A stretch of DNA of 64,000 nucleotides. It comes from Takakia lepidozioides (Eukaryota > Plantae > Bryophyta). Every line of letters starts with the position of its first letter. The stretch's first letter is position 1. Below are positions 1 through 19,300 of the stretch, one piece after another. The position numbers and the translations under genes are program-made. The DNA lies in assembly GCA_030704615.1 (NCBI GenBank), contig CM060731.1:34472001-34536000 (forward strand), in the 5' to 3' direction. Below the pieces are notes generated by a model that made no database searches, was not told the DNA's origin, and saw only the letters and a program-made list of their open reading frames with translations.

Positions 1-5297
<5,297 letters not shown>

Positions 5298-6514
5298 CCT
5301 ATGCTACACACACAAATGTCCAATTCCTGTTTCCTGCACCAGAACTTCACCGCCCATCACAAGCATACCGAAACGGAAACACCTCCGACTCCAACCCCAG
5401 CGTCCACATCAATCACCAAGTCCGAGCAAAGCGGAGGACGTAAAAAACGCGCTCTCTCAACCATCAGTCAATACGTGCTTCATTGTTGACTCGGGAGTGT
5501 CATTCATCTTCGCGTGGGTCCATCTCCAAACATCACATACCTACTCTGCATCACCTGGCGCCCTCTTGTACTGACAATTGAGACCCAATTCTCGCTTGTG
5601 GGGTGATTTGCTGATGGACGGGAGGCAGAAAGAATTTCAGGCAGCCCGCTCGTGTGTGAGATATTGTCAACGAGCTGGCAAGCTGACAAGGGATCTGGAA
5701 AAAACAAAAGCTCTTAAACATGACGTCAGAGAAATCCAGGCTTGGAACATGCCCCGGGAACTGTGCTAGTGTCATCTTCTCAAACAATCAGCCAAGTATA
5801 TGATGATTGTAGTGTTTGTGTTGCTTGTGTTATTTGAGACAAATGCTGAGTTTGACGGTGTTTCTACTTAGCACCATAATCACTATTCTGTGTTATGTTG
5901 GAATTGAGAGAGCTATGGGGATGAATTCTACCTTCCAACGGAATGCAGTGGCAGTTCAAGGTGAAGTGACATCATAAATTACGTTTGCTTTGGTAGGAGC
6001 CAACCTCCTTGACGGATTGAATATATCAAGTAGTAATTCCTTGGTTAGAGCCTTAGTGTTACAACTTTGTATTGGGCGGTAGTATATCTTATTTATATAG
6101 TGATAGCAAGCCTGGAACATGCCTCTATCCCTTGCCTCTGTCCGCAAGGGACAAAGACATTGTGGAGACATCTTGCCTAGGGGGAAAACTAGGCTTATCC
6201 ATTAAGCCTAGTCTATGGAGGGTTAATGGGCAGGATTCGTGAAGGCCTTCATGATGTGGAAAAAGTATAAAACAACAACCCCAAAATCACAGAAGGAAAG
6301 AGCAAGAGATTGTTGGCTCCGCATCAGTGCCAACAATGGTTAAGCCCCTCTTGTGCCTTCCCCAAGTGTCACCTTCCCTCCTTTGTTGAAAACTACATCT
6401 CTCTTATGGAACAATTTATGACGAATAAATGGATGAAACTTCAAGTTTATCATGGATGAAAGTAGATTTTGTTTATTCACAAGAGGAGCCATACGCGACT
6501 AGTCATTCGTTTAA

Positions 6515-7815
6515 CCCCTAAGAGTGGGGAGTGTTTTTGAGAGTCCACCTCAAAAATGGGACCCACTGACACATCCGAGGCTATATCTGCCTACAGGAGT
6601 TCATCCACGAAAATGAACCTTACTAAGTGAGATGCAGGCGCCCTACGCATAGGTTGACGAATTAATTAATTTTTGAGACCTGGGTGCTTTTGACACATGG
6701 AAAGTAGTTTCCAGAGGTTTCGACACTTGCGGTGGCTAATTTTTCGATTGAGGGGTCACTAGTCACTACCTAGTCTACTTACTAGTTACTAGGTACGGTA
6801 CTAGTTTCCAACTTGGTGGACGGTTGTGAAGATATGATGAACAATAAGACATGGAGTTGTTCGAAGATGAGGGTATCGTGGATATGATGCTCCAATGTGC
6901 TATGAATGAAGCTTGAAGTGCACTAGGTTTAAGTTAGATGCTAGTTGATAACTGGATTCAGTATTTTCTATTTTCAACATATTCTCCTTCAATTTTTATT
7001 AATTCGAACATTGTGAGCTTGGAATTTCTCGAATATTTCAGACAAAATGGTTCAATTTTATTCATATTTTTGGATAGTGCCGTTTTTAATTAATTATGTG
7101 CGAAACCGACCCGCGCAGAGGGTACTGTGCAAATTTGGGAAGAATTGACTGTTCCGTTTGGGAGATTATAATAATTTGCCATGGGTTTTTTTTCAACTCC
7201 AAAGGAAGTTTTTAGGGGAAAATACTGTTTGACCGGGCAAATTTGACAAAGATTTTTCCGGGGACCGGACCAACTCAGTCACAATCTTTGCAGGGTTACA
7301 CATGTTCTCAAGAAATTTGAGGGCCAAATTCCCCAAAGAAAATATGGCACCTTTGTATGTACAATGGGGGGGGGTTCAATGGAAGAAAAACTACACTGAA
7401 AAAAGAAGATCCACATAGCTCCTGGAGTTTTTTACAAAATCAAAGTTTCCTCTGGTGCAATCCTACACCCACACGGCAAGAAGAATGCCCAAATGTTTTT
7501 CCAAAAAACCAAAAACTGCTCTGTAGATGGGCTTTTTTGTGTCACTTCCATCTGAAGGCTGTCCGCAAGCCACGTCGGCAGGTCAAGTGCAGTGGCGGCC
7601 TCGGATCCATCTATCTAAGGGTACCCCTGATCTTTGAAAAATTGTAGTAGGATAGAGTTTTGGGTTTTTGGGGGAGCAGTAAAGTGGAACGTGTGGCATT
7701 AATTCCAGCGGTCACTTTTCATTCTGACACTTTTCTCATCCGCTTTCATCCACGGAAGTTATTCCGTGGATGAAAACGGCTGCGACCCAATTCACGTCGC
7801 GCCGGCCTTTTGGGG
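6515..7815. mobile_element. Putative non-autonomous piggyBac-like element
   Basis: TTAA at 6511-6514 and 7816-7819 flanks CCCCTAAGAG ... CCTTTTGGGG (imperfect TIR). The right end resembles 10270-10355. No transposase ORF. Confidence 0.45.
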
Positions 7816-8037
7816 TTAAATATATTGGTATATGGGGGATGATTGAAAACCCCCTCCTATGTGCTGGAGCAAGGGAAAAAAAAAGATGACATTAGGAATA
7901 ATGTAAGAACTTAATGCACTCGTGCCATCTTATGTACATTTGCCGTGGCAACATGGGCTTCTCCGGCAGGGCCCCTAATTTACAATTAAATACTTAAGAA
8001 TCCAAGAGTGTCATGGAGTGGTGGGTAGCTGTGCAAG

Positions 8038-8196
8038 TGGAGTGGAGTTAAACACCCTATCGTGTAACCCATTATAATCCGGAGTGGAGTTACACACCCT
8101 ATCGTGTAACCCATTATAATCCTGAGTGGAGTTACACACCCTATCGTGTAACCCATTATAATCCTGAGTGGAGTTACACTCCCCACCGTGTAACCC
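8038..8196. repeat. 42-bp minisatellite, ~4 copies
   Basis: Unit GAGTGGAGTTACACACCCTATCGTGTAACCCATTATAATCC(T/G) repeated in tandem. Confidence 0.9.
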
Positions 8197-8890
8197 AGCA
8201 CAACCTGACTGCATGTTTTACTCCTAACTCTCCTCTATTTATACTCAAGATCCATACCCAGAATTAGCATAACTCCATTTTCAACTTGAGTTATCTCCAA
8301 AAACTGTTATTCTAATACCATGACTTGTATCACTAAAACTAACTTAGATTAACTGAGGATTATCACTATTGTTGACTATAATTTGTCATCACCGCTATTA
8401 TTGCATAGCCCTTATATAGAGGAATGCCCTCCACTGGGGGCCTCCCCTATACATACATTCGCTATCAAGACATGTGGGGTACTCTCCTATTGAACGATCG
8501 TGTGGTGACGCTAACTCGGGTTTGTGACTCGGATGGACACGGCGGCGCAATAGAGCGACCCCATGTAGCACCTATGATTCGGACTGTCACCACGCAACAC
8601 GACAGCCTAATGTTTGCCCCGGGTTGACATGACATGAATTGGGCAAAGAGGCAAGACTACAATTTGCCCTGGATAAATGTTAAGGGTCGAGAGTAGAATT
8701 ATAACATTCAGACACGGTTGACACAACATCCGCATGGGAGGCACAATCTTGATACCACACACTTGCAAAACATCTGATGCATGTACAACTAGGACATAGG
8801 CGCCCTTTTGGTGGGCCAGCCCCAAAAACAGGATCTAGTCCCATGGATGAAGCTGTATCTGACAGCTGACATACATCCACAAGTATGAAC

Positions 8891-9608
8891 CAGTGTTGGG
8901 GGCTTCTCTGGTTTTGGGTAGAACCTGCAAGGTAGGTTCTATCTTGTGGAAGGTAAATAGAGAACCTCCAGGCCGGGTACTTAAAAACATGGACAGTTAG
9001 AGAACCTGCGGTGCAGAGTATATCTCTGAGTTACATTTTCACGGGTATGTTTTATACCGGTTCTTTAATGCAATTATCCGCCAAATCCGGTGCTGGGGTA
9101 TATGGGTAGAGAACCGTATAGAGAACCGAGAGATGACCCGGTTCTGAGTTCAAAAGTTATTATGGACAGAATAAATAAAAAATGTGCATGTATGAGATGG
9201 CCACAATTGTCAATAATTAAGCTCATTTTCTAGCACAACTAACACTAAACTTCCTCTAGATTGCATTGTTGGCATGTTGGCATTCGGTTCTAGCATTTTC
9301 ACTACCCTTCTTCTTCCTCAAGGCTTCCACGCTAACCTTAGATAACCGCCCTTATACCCAGGGTATGTGTCGGGTGCAATTACCCTTACCCTCCCCTCTC
9401 ATTCCAACTCGTAGGTCAGGTTCTTATGGATACTAGCTATTAGAGAACCCTCGGTTCGGTGAAGTTCACGGGTAAATAGATTTTGGTATCCGCCGGTTCA
9501 ATATTGACTAGGGTATTTGAAATTTTAATACCCGAGGTTAAGGGGGTATATACCCGGGTCCGGAACCGGCGGTTCTTTCACCCAAATCCAAAGAACCACC
9601 CAACACTG
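8891..9608. mobile_element. hAT-type MITE / non-autonomous DNA transposon
   Basis: Left TIR CAGTGTTGGGGGCTTCTCTGGTTTTGGGT; right end in reverse complement CAGTGTTGGGTGGTTCTTTGGATTTGGGT. 8-bp TSD GTATGAAC (8883-8890) / GTTTGAAC (9609-9616). Many internal AGAACC/GGTTCT motifs. Confidence 0.8.
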
Positions 9609-10269
9609 GTTTGAACCGTACCAACTGGTACCTACCTACTACATGTACCCGCTGATAAAATTAGGGGAGATTTGACCGTCAGAACTGGTAGATTATAACA
9701 TTTATATAGGGTGGATTTTGCAAAAACACAGAAATGGAGATGGAGAAATGCAGTTTGACCAAGGTCATTGGCCACCTTCCTGATTTTTGCTGAGGCACAG
9801 ACCTCTACATTCACACAGTATGCCCAGGGTACTCTCCAAATTTGGAGGGATTTCTCCAAAAATTGCATATTCCTCCTTTGCATGTCCAATAAGAGGGGTA
9901 CAGGCCCAGTGAAACAATTCCCAGAAAGAAAAAGCTGCCTGGAAGCCAGTTTTTTTATGAAATGAAAATTCCTGTGGTGGAGTCCTGTATTGCAAGAAGA
10001 CAAAGAGGAATCCCAAATTGTTTTTGGAAAATTCCAAATCCACATGTGTAGATGATAATTTTTGTGGGTTTTGAACAATTTCCAGGCCAGCCAATTATTT
10101 CCGGCCATGTCAGCAAGTCAACCCCGCTGGAGGGCCCCCAACCATGGATTTTGGGGTCCTTGCCACGCTGAAATAATCCTAGCTGCCGCACATTTAGGTT
10201 TTTTGGGGCCGCAATAAATTGCCCCATGTGCCTGTTGGGCCGACGCACATTTTTTCGCTCAAAAACTTT

Positions 10270-10355
10270 TTTCATCCACTGTCATCCACGGGAGTTATCC
10301 GTGGATGAATTTAGGATCGACCTGATTCAGGTCGATTGGGCCTTTAGGGGTTAAA
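10270..10355. repeat. Second copy of the hairpin-bearing GGGG|TTAA element end
   Basis: CATCCACGG-GAGTTAT-CCGTGGATG hairpin followed by GGCCTTTAGGGG|TTAA, similar to 7745-7819. Left end not found. Confidence 0.55.
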
Positions 10356-11339
10356 AACAACCTCCATCTCAAGTCTAGAAACGCTAACATGTATCTTGTT
10401 GGATTGTATTAGCTTCTAATGACGTTAGTATGACCTTATGATTAGCTTCGATCCGATGATTGGTTATGCTTAAGGATGTCTTTTTATTTTTATTTTTATT
10501 TTGTTGTTGGCTCCTCTTTATTCTAAAGAGGAGACTACAGAGGGTAAGCCCATGTTGTGCCTTCCCCATTTACCTCCTCTCCTTTGCTGAAACTACTTCA
10601 TGGCATGCTTCTCAAGGTCATACCATCCTGAGATAGAATCTTTGTTATCGAACAATTTACGAAAAGTAAATAGATGAATTTTCAAGTTTATTATGGATGA
10701 AAGTATATTTCACTATTCCCAAAGGGGAGCCGAAAGAGGGATGTCTTCTTATCTTAACCTAGCTGGAGTTAATTATGGAGCTTATCTCAAGCTAGCTTAA
10801 ATATATCTCGTAGCCTTTCTGATGCACTTAACATTTATTAAGGACAAGTCAACGAAGTTGGGGAGTAAACATTAATTAACAAATAACACTTAACAATTTG
10901 TTAGTGCACACAACTAGGGTAGTAAAATTTTCTTAATATTTATGGTAGTTTAATGTTTGTAGAGGTAACATTTATCCAGGGCAGATGGTTTTGCCTTTTT
11001 TTTTCTTAAAGTAATAGAAGTATATTTTGAAGCGTCATTATAGGGTCGAAGAATGTCTTTGCTTAGTGTGGTTGTCTACTGAGTTCAAACCTTTTTAAAG
11101 GGTTTAAAGGATTTGTAGAGGATCTATGATGTTTCCATTTACTAGTGTGATTGTTGATTCAATGATAAACCATACTTTTAAAGCATCTTAAAAAGATCTA
11201 GGATTTTTCAGCTCCATTATTGTGACTGTTTATGGAACAAAAGCATCCAATCTTCAAAAGGTGATCTATGAGTGTTTTCCTTCCACTATGTATGATTGAA
11301 CTCAAACATGTTATAGCGAGACATGATCAATTGGCTTAA

Positions 11340-12551
11340 CCCTTAAGTGTCAAAACTCATTTTCACCCTCTCGTGGAAAAACATGACCCTGGCTCACAAA
11401 AAATATATATATCTATAGAATCTCTTTGTCCCTGTAAAACTGACCGTTGGAATTACTTCCCACCTACCCCACCTCCTACCACAAAAAGTTTCACCAAAAT
11501 CCAACTGCCAGATCTGAAGATTATGAAGTGTAGAGTGAGGACAAAAAAAAATCTCCACTAAGAACTAGGTGCTGAAAAAAGCAGTTTTTTGCTCGTATTT
11601 GGGCATTTTTAATTTTTTCTGTTTGAGAGTCTCAAGAACGTTGTTCCATACCTGATAACACACATTCTCATAAAATTTCAGTTTTTTCTGAAATGTTCTC
11701 AAGTGGGCTCCTTTGTAGTGACAAATTGGGGGGTCAAAATATGCCATTTTCTTTGGGCAGGCCAAAATCTCTCTTCCCAAAATTATACAAAAAATTCAGC
11801 CGGTCAATCCCTAGTCCCTCCGGTTGAAATGTCATGGGCTTCCATATGAAGTCCCCGAAAAACTTTGAGGCCAATCAGCCAATGCACCGCATCCTTAGGT
11901 TCCCTGCCCAAGACTTCAAATGGCACACCTTTGGTATAGCTTGCAGGCCTAGGATATTTGGAGCCGTAGCCCAGAAGGGCATGGGGTTTGGGAGGCTACC
12001 TGGCCCTGCTTACCTGGGGGGCCACTCCACCCTCAACCCTCTCAAATCCCCACCCTAGGTTTGGCCCACCCCTCCTGGCGTTTTTCTCCAGTCCCAAGCT
12101 CGGCCGCCATCGCGGCTGCACTCCCTCTAGCCCGCCCTGTATGGCGTTGGCCGGAGCTGCCATCGCCGTGGATTCAGGCTAGGGCCCAGGCCTGGGAATG
12201 CCCAGACCTGCGCCGGGCGCCATGCCCCTGCCGGGCAATCAAGGGATTTGGGGGAGCGTGCCGCCCTAACCTTTATGGGGTATCTTTCAGCTAACCTGAC
12301 CGCAGTTGCCATGTCAGCAACTTGGGCAGGTTAGGGGGGCCAAATTGGCCTCAAAAAGCTGAGTGTGCCCCCCTTCCAATTGGTCCCATACCCCTTCAGG
12401 CATTGACCAATTGGCCAATGCCATATGAAGGGGGACCCGATTATCTGTCGATTGAGCAAAAAAAAAGGCCAATCAGCCTTTAACCACAAGAAATTATGGC
12501 TGGTTAAAGAAACCTAACCGACCCAAAACGGGTCGGTTTGACACTTAAGGG
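11340..12551. mobile_element. Non-autonomous piggyBac-like element
   Basis: Perfect 15-bp TIR CCCTTAAGTGTCAAA / TTTGACACTTAAGGG, flanked by TTAA at 11336-11339 and 12552-12555. Subterminal hairpin AACCGACCC-AAAAC-GGGTCGGTT. Confidence 0.8.
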
Positions 12552-13355
12552 TTAACTAAAAAGGTGCCGTTTGACCAACAAATCTTGTCTCATTAGCTTA
12601 TGTATCGATTCCACTGATGCGACTCTTTAGGTAACATAAGCATTGGCTTAAAAACTTTGCAGTATTTTCAGAAATCATTAAATCAGCCTCACTAAACCAA
12701 ATCTCTTTAAATCACGCTTCATTAGTTGGCGACTATTTATTTAAATTTAAATTTAAATTACCTTGAAAATATATTACGAAACAAGGGAAAAAATTTCCTT
12801 GACACGAGAAACCATTAGAGAACATAGAAAATAATGGGGTGACATCTAAGTCTAAGCTAAAAGGGAAAGCATATACTGTGAATCTAACACTTGTATGTTC
12901 AAATTCACCCTAAAAGAGAGAGATCACATATCATAGAGCTTAAAAACTAAGGCAGGAGTACCGAAGCTGGATTGGTGGAGTTGAATGCCTTCGCAACGGT
13001 GATGCCAGCTAAGAAGGATATCTATGGCACGATTATGAACAGGTTGGCCCAGTAACCTAAAAATAGTACTTGGCTTATAGCAGACCAGTTTGGTTCCTGC
13101 CTTGTAGAAATCCACATACCCCCAATAGTTGGTCTTTGGTAATGTTTAGTGTCACACATTATGTGGCGCTCCTTCAATGTTGAGTATAGTATAGTGTATA
13201 CCTAGTAGCTCTAAATTTAAGGTGGAATTGGATGTTGCCATAGAGCTGGGGTGCCTTCAATGCCATCATTGTGCTGTGTTGTGTTGATGTCATCTAATGC
13301 CGATCCAAATATACCGCTACTGTACTTATCCATGCTATTCGTCAGGACCAGTCTG

Positions 13356-16300
13356 ATGGCGTCTCCAATGCTCTTAGGCCTCTCAAGCTCCTCTCAAGCC
13401 TCTGCCCACCGCACCCAAATTCTCTTCCAATTACCTTCAGGGATCCCCTGGAAGAGGGCGCCCGTCCAAGTGCCTGGCCGCTTGCAATGGCAGCATTCTG
13501 TAGACCTCTCTTCTTCTTGCAGGGGTGTCAAAATTCCACAACAATGCGGGAGTAAGAACCGGTCCGGTGGGTTCGCTGCACAGACGACCTCTCAGAAAGA
13601 GGGTGTGGCGGATGGGGATGCGGAAGTTGCTAGCCAGAGCTTGCGTGAGCTCGCGGTATGGTTTTCTCCCTTCCCCGTCCCCCAGCCCTACTTCTTGGTA
13701 GTGTCGATTTTTTTCTGGGAAAACCTGGCTCCCTGTGCATTGTGAGGTGCCAGAAGGCACTGCTTCGATTTCGTTAAGTGCAATAATGGATACGTTTCCT
13801 CGCATGTCTTGCAAATCTTTGGTGGGTATTACTCGCCAGTCGCACAACTGAATTTCCTTGAAAGTATCTGGATTACGATGACCTGGTGGTCTGTAAACCT
13901 CACTCGTTGGTATTCTAGAGAACCTCAAGAATGAAAACTCCCAAATTTGTTCTTCACAAGCTTTTTGCGTTCTCTGATTGCATTGACACCAATCACGTAG
14001 AATTTCCAATTTGGCAAGAACAGCTTGTATGAAATCAAGCAAGCGTAAAAGCATTGGACCTGCTGGGATTCTAAGTGAGGGGGTACCCTGCGAGAGCGGC
14101 CAATTCCAGGTTTTGTCCTATAAATTACGCATGTCTGTTGAGAGATGCTCGAGTAGTCGCTGCAGCTGGTAATCAAGCTCATTAATAATGTTACTATGGC
14201 TTTTGAGGATTGAAGATCTAACCTACACCCCAGATTGTGGATGCCAATGTTACATGGAATGACTGGAGCAAGCAAATTTATCTCACAATCTCTGGTTGCC
14301 TTGCAGCAGCTGCAGAGTGTGAAATTTTCTTGGACATGAAGAACCAGTGCTCCTTGAAAGTTGAACCCTTTTTCTGTTTGATTTTGTCAGTGAGACTTTT
14401 TGGTTCGGTTGGGGACAGGAGAGCTTGGTGCTACCTTCAAGCTACTTGAGAAAGCTCCCAAGTGATCTGCGAGTTGATGTAAGTCACATGGCAGCCAGTA
14501 CTGTTACTTCAAGCTTGAGCCTGTAGCGTCATCCTTTGCCTTGTCCAAGAAAGAGATACCTACGACTTTCACCCAGGCAGATCACGGGTCCAGATATTGT
14601 CTCATAGTTGTAGAGTGGTGAGGTTATTCTTGATTTCCTGAGTTCTTTTTGTGCTTCAATATTCAATCTTGGTTCTTAGTTGTACCTTAATTTTTTCAAG
14701 ACCTGCTATCTGTATCGGCTTCTTTGAGTTTTTTTGTTATGGGTTATGTTTCCTAGACACTGATTTGGCTATATCTAGTGCAACTTTTTAATCTCAAGAG
14801 TCAGTATTCTGTGGGTTCATTCATGCAGCTCAAGGATGCAGCGTTTGCATTAGCAAGTGGACCTCTCAATATGGAGGTTAGTGCTGCTCCTGAATAGAAC
14901 TTGTGTCTCTCCATATTTCCTCCTCGGTAGAAAGAATAGGTAAAAGTAGGGTCAGATGACAAGAGTTTCTCACCTGAGTCTCCTTTTTGAATGTGATGGT
15001 TGCTGGTGGAAGAGTTATAAGGTCCGGGCTGTTTGTGTCATTCAACCACAAACGCATGGAAGGGCTCGGGCTCCTATAACGAAACAGCTATGAAACTCAA
15101 CTAATGTGACCCTTTGTGCATGGACTGAGTGAGTCCATGCCTGGATGATGGTCAGTTTAAAATGGTTTCTTTGATGAGTTGTAGCGGGCTCTATGGAAAT
15201 GCATCCCTCTTTTCTGCGAGGAAGGGGCTGGCAAAATATAGGGAGTGAGGACAACTGAGCACACCTCAATGTGTCACGAACAGTTGATATTTTCGCTGTC
15301 TGTGTGTACGTTTGTATGTGCATGAGGAAGTACACGGATTTAGGATATATTGGGTTGTGCAGTGTGGAGAGCAAGTGGGACAGATGTTGATGCAGCTGTC
15401 GCAAGCATGGGAGCAAGGGGACACCCAGGCAGCGGCTGCTGTGGCTGCTTTGTTGCCCTCTCTGCCAGGCAAACTGCCGAAAGACCCCATTTCTCAGGCT
15501 GGTGAGTTGATTTGAACAGGCATGTTTGAGAGTAAGGGTAATGACAACCTTCCAGTCTATTTGTACACTTGCATAGAATCATCTTTACTCATGGTTGTTG
15601 TGCAAAAATGCAGGCTGCCACAGATCAGGCACTGACAATCTCCCTTTCCTCTCTGCATCTGTTCATTGTTCAAAGATGTGACACCCCACCCTGTGTTTAA
15701 CTTTCAATCCAGTGGCACTGACAATCTCCCTTTCCTCTCTGCATCTGTTCATTGTTCAAAGATAGACACCCCACTGTGTTTAATTTTCAGTCTAGGTCCG
15801 GGTGTGGCTTCAGCACATCCTTAAGGTCCTCACCAATGTCACAGATTGGAAACAAGTTCAGGGAGGTTTTAGGCTTGTATGGACATTCTTCGTGCTTCCA
15901 ACATGACCTTAGACACTTCAGCCTCCAAGTCAGCTTCATCTAGCATGATCAGTTCTTCCTGCCTACTATTCAGGTAAGGTACTTGAAAATCTCTTCCACC
16001 CTTTTCTGCCAGGACTAAGCCTGTTTAACAGGACGCTCTTGTTTCCTTGAAGTAGAGCTTATCGGCTTAAAGTCCCCATCCTGGACATTCTTCGTGCTTC
16101 CAAGATGACCTTAGACACTTCAGCCTCCAAGTCAGCTTCATCTAGCATGATCAGTTCTTCCTGCCTACTATTCAGGTAAGGTACTTGAAAATCTCTTCCA
16201 CCCTTTTCTGCCAGGACTAAGCCTGTTTAACAGGACGCTCTTGTTTCCTTGAAGTAGAGCTTATCAGTTTAAAGTCCCCATCCTTGAGTGACTTCCCTGA

Positions 16301-19300
16301 GCCCCTCATTGAATCAACAATGTCTACAGCAGCTCTCCAACCAGTCAAGGGTCGAACTTCTCTGAGTTTAAATTGCAGTGGGACTCTACCTGTCAATGTA
16401 GCATTCTTAGACATAGTCACCTTAAATGCACCTCTGTTACCAAGTCTCAAGATGGTGCCGTCAGCCAGATAATCCAAGCCTAAACATAAAGAATGTACTC
16501 ATGCCGCGAACGTTGGCTTGCCATAGCCTTATGGCCATTGACCCCGCAGGATACTAATCCTCCCAGAGCCTTTTGTGGGGTTCGCACCCAGATATGGTTT
16601 CCTAGACGTAAAGAGACAAGAAGGAAGACAAAGATTAAAGAAAAGGAAGACATACACCCTCGATGTTTCCAACAGTGGATCACTATGGCATATCCCTTGA
16701 TTATCAATCCTCTCTAAGAAAGGGATAGGATGATTGAAGGGGAGAGCATACACTTTCTAATCTGTCATTTTTGCTTCTCCTTTGGATTTACGATCCAAAC
16801 TTCGAAGACAGCAGCCATTTTTTGAGACAATGTCTGCGGTATTCTCATCAGAGAGCAATCCTCTTCAGGACCATCAAGAACATAGTCCCAGCACCTATGT
16901 TCCCAACTTTCAAAATCTCGAGATAGAGTCTAAATCCCTGGCCCTGTTGGGGTCTAAGTGCTGGATAGCTCAATCTGCTGTGTGTGAAGGGCTTTCTAAA
17001 GAAAATCTGGTAATCCCAAAGCAACTGTTTATACCAATGTAAGTTGCACCACTGGAGTGAGCCCCTCACAAAGGTGGTGTTTGTTCCCTCTTGTTCCACC
17101 CAAACTGGGCGTGGGTCTATGGCCACAAGGCTACGGCAAATGACGTCTCATGAGTACATTCTTATGTTTCAACCTTTCACTTGAGATTGTGTATCTGTAA
17201 TTTTTTGGCTAATGTGTTGATATGGCATTAATGTCACAATGTTGACCAGCACTGGGGAAGAGATTTATACGGGCTGGAAGGCACTTCACAGCAACTGGGC
17301 AGTATCAGGGAGGAGAGTTGCAGAAGGTGTGTAGCTGTGAATAGTTATTTAGTAGTAATTGATGATTTGTTATGAACACTGGGCTAAGCTATGGGTCTTA
17401 CATTGCCCATTAAAGTAGCAGTTGAATAGCTGTTTGCAGTAAAAAGACATGATAGTAGGCGTAGGTTTAAGACCATGTTGTGTAGTTTGAAGTAATTGCT
17501 TAATTTGCAGGTGAGTACTCAGTTAGTATAGAAACATTTTAGTTGTTGATTGGTATAGGAGACTGGCTGGGGTGCAGATCGGAAAGGCTCTAATCGCTGC
17601 AGGGGAAGCTGTGTCTGCTGGCAATCTCCCAACAATTGAGGACACTCCAATAACGTCAGCAAGGTCATTCAAGGTGCCACACCTTTCTTGAGAACACTAT
17701 ACTATTCATCCTGGGATATCTGGGATATTTCGGAGTGTGTATTAAGTGGGCATCCCCTCAAATCAACTAACTTCAGGGATATTCATAGAAGTCCTTGCTG
17801 ACTACACGACATGATAGTGAATTTTGTAAGCATGCGAGGGTTACAAAAAGCCACAATGATGTGTCCTTGGGATGTACTGACGATATTTGTCAGTGATGGA
17901 GCACAAGGGTGTAGGAAAGGTTGTAGGGTCAAGCAAAGCAACTAACCGAGGTAGTGGATAGGTGTATCTCGTATCGATGATTTTCGAGACTGTCTGATAA
18001 AAGAATTTTGTGCACCCCTAACCTTACACTGGGTCTTTGTCTTTGTCCTGTGTAATTTGACAAAGCACAAAAATGAATATCTCAAATTCCGTGATCTTTC
18101 AATTACCTTGGGTATGGTGACATATTTGGTGCGCCTGGAAAGGTTCGAGGTTGGTTGCAGTGATGTATAAGGTTGGAGCAGGCTGTCCATTATGGGGGCA
18201 GTCGTAGACTGCTGCACCATTACTATAACAACGGTTGTGAAAATAAGGTGTTGTCGTCATGCAAGGTTGCAAGGGAGTTGCTGTTGGCTAACGTTGGTTG
18301 GGCTTGAGAGTGCACTCATTATATGGTGCCACATGATCTAGTAGGGCCACCAGGGTGAGCATTCAGCTTTAGTTCTGACACAGAAAGATGATCTATTTTG
18401 CTTGAAGCCAAAACATCAGTTGTGTAATGTAGTCAATGGAAAAAGTGATTGTCTCTGGGTGTCCATTGTTCCGTGTGCAAGTCTAACAGAATAGTATGCT
18501 AGCAGTAAGTTTAAAACATATGATCATGTTTGGACACTTTACACTTTTACCCTTATCCTCATTGCACAGACTATAGTAGGACTAGACATTTATAGCAAAC
18601 ATCACTATGGTGTTGTTGAATTAATGTCTGGATTGCAAGCATCCTCTCTATTCAAGACCAAAACACCCATAGGATAACCCTGTAAAGTGACATTTTTCTT
18701 ATGTGAAAATGGACAGTTTGGGGATTTTCAAGTGGAGATCACCTCACAAAGAGCTTATGTCGGTGCTGGGATTGCTTTAGCATTTGGGTACCACGTCTCA
18801 ACCCCTGCCAACCTATCTGCTAGCCTTGCATTTTGTAGATGCTATTGTCGTACATGGGCCAGGTTGCCACTCTTTGATTGGCTAATCACAGGCAACTGCT
18901 TCTAACTCAATCGTTGCCAGCTTGGTAGGTGAATTGCTATCAGCACTCTTTATGCATGGTAGACTCTTTGGGTATCACGAGGGAGAGGTGGAAACATAGG
19001 TAACTGGCAAAGGAGACAAATTTGAATCGACATGGAGGATATTTGTGCAGTTAAAAAGCTTAAACATAAACATTGCCATCTATTTTGCTGATGTTGCCTC
19101 TAAGTTGGCTTTTTCGGTTGGAGGAAATCAGGCTTCTCTCAGGGCGGTTTGCACTAGCACTCCAAAGCACCTCAGAAGGCTCCATGAATTATGCAAATGA
19201 TAATGCGTTCCTTCTAGCCACTGTAAGCATTCTTATATCATCTGGTTAATGTTGAGCATGTAGGTACAGATAGTAGGCCACTAGCAGGGTCTGGTTGTTG

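Noticed and set aside
6310-6490. Similarity with 10503-10731 as an LTR pair
   Set aside because: The copies are quite diverged, with no TG...CA ends, TSD or internal retroelement coding; treated as fragments of a dispersed repeat.
13437-14054. 205-aa minus-strand ORF
   Set aside because: It is antisense to exon 1/intron 1 of the supported plus-strand gene and has no recognisable motif.
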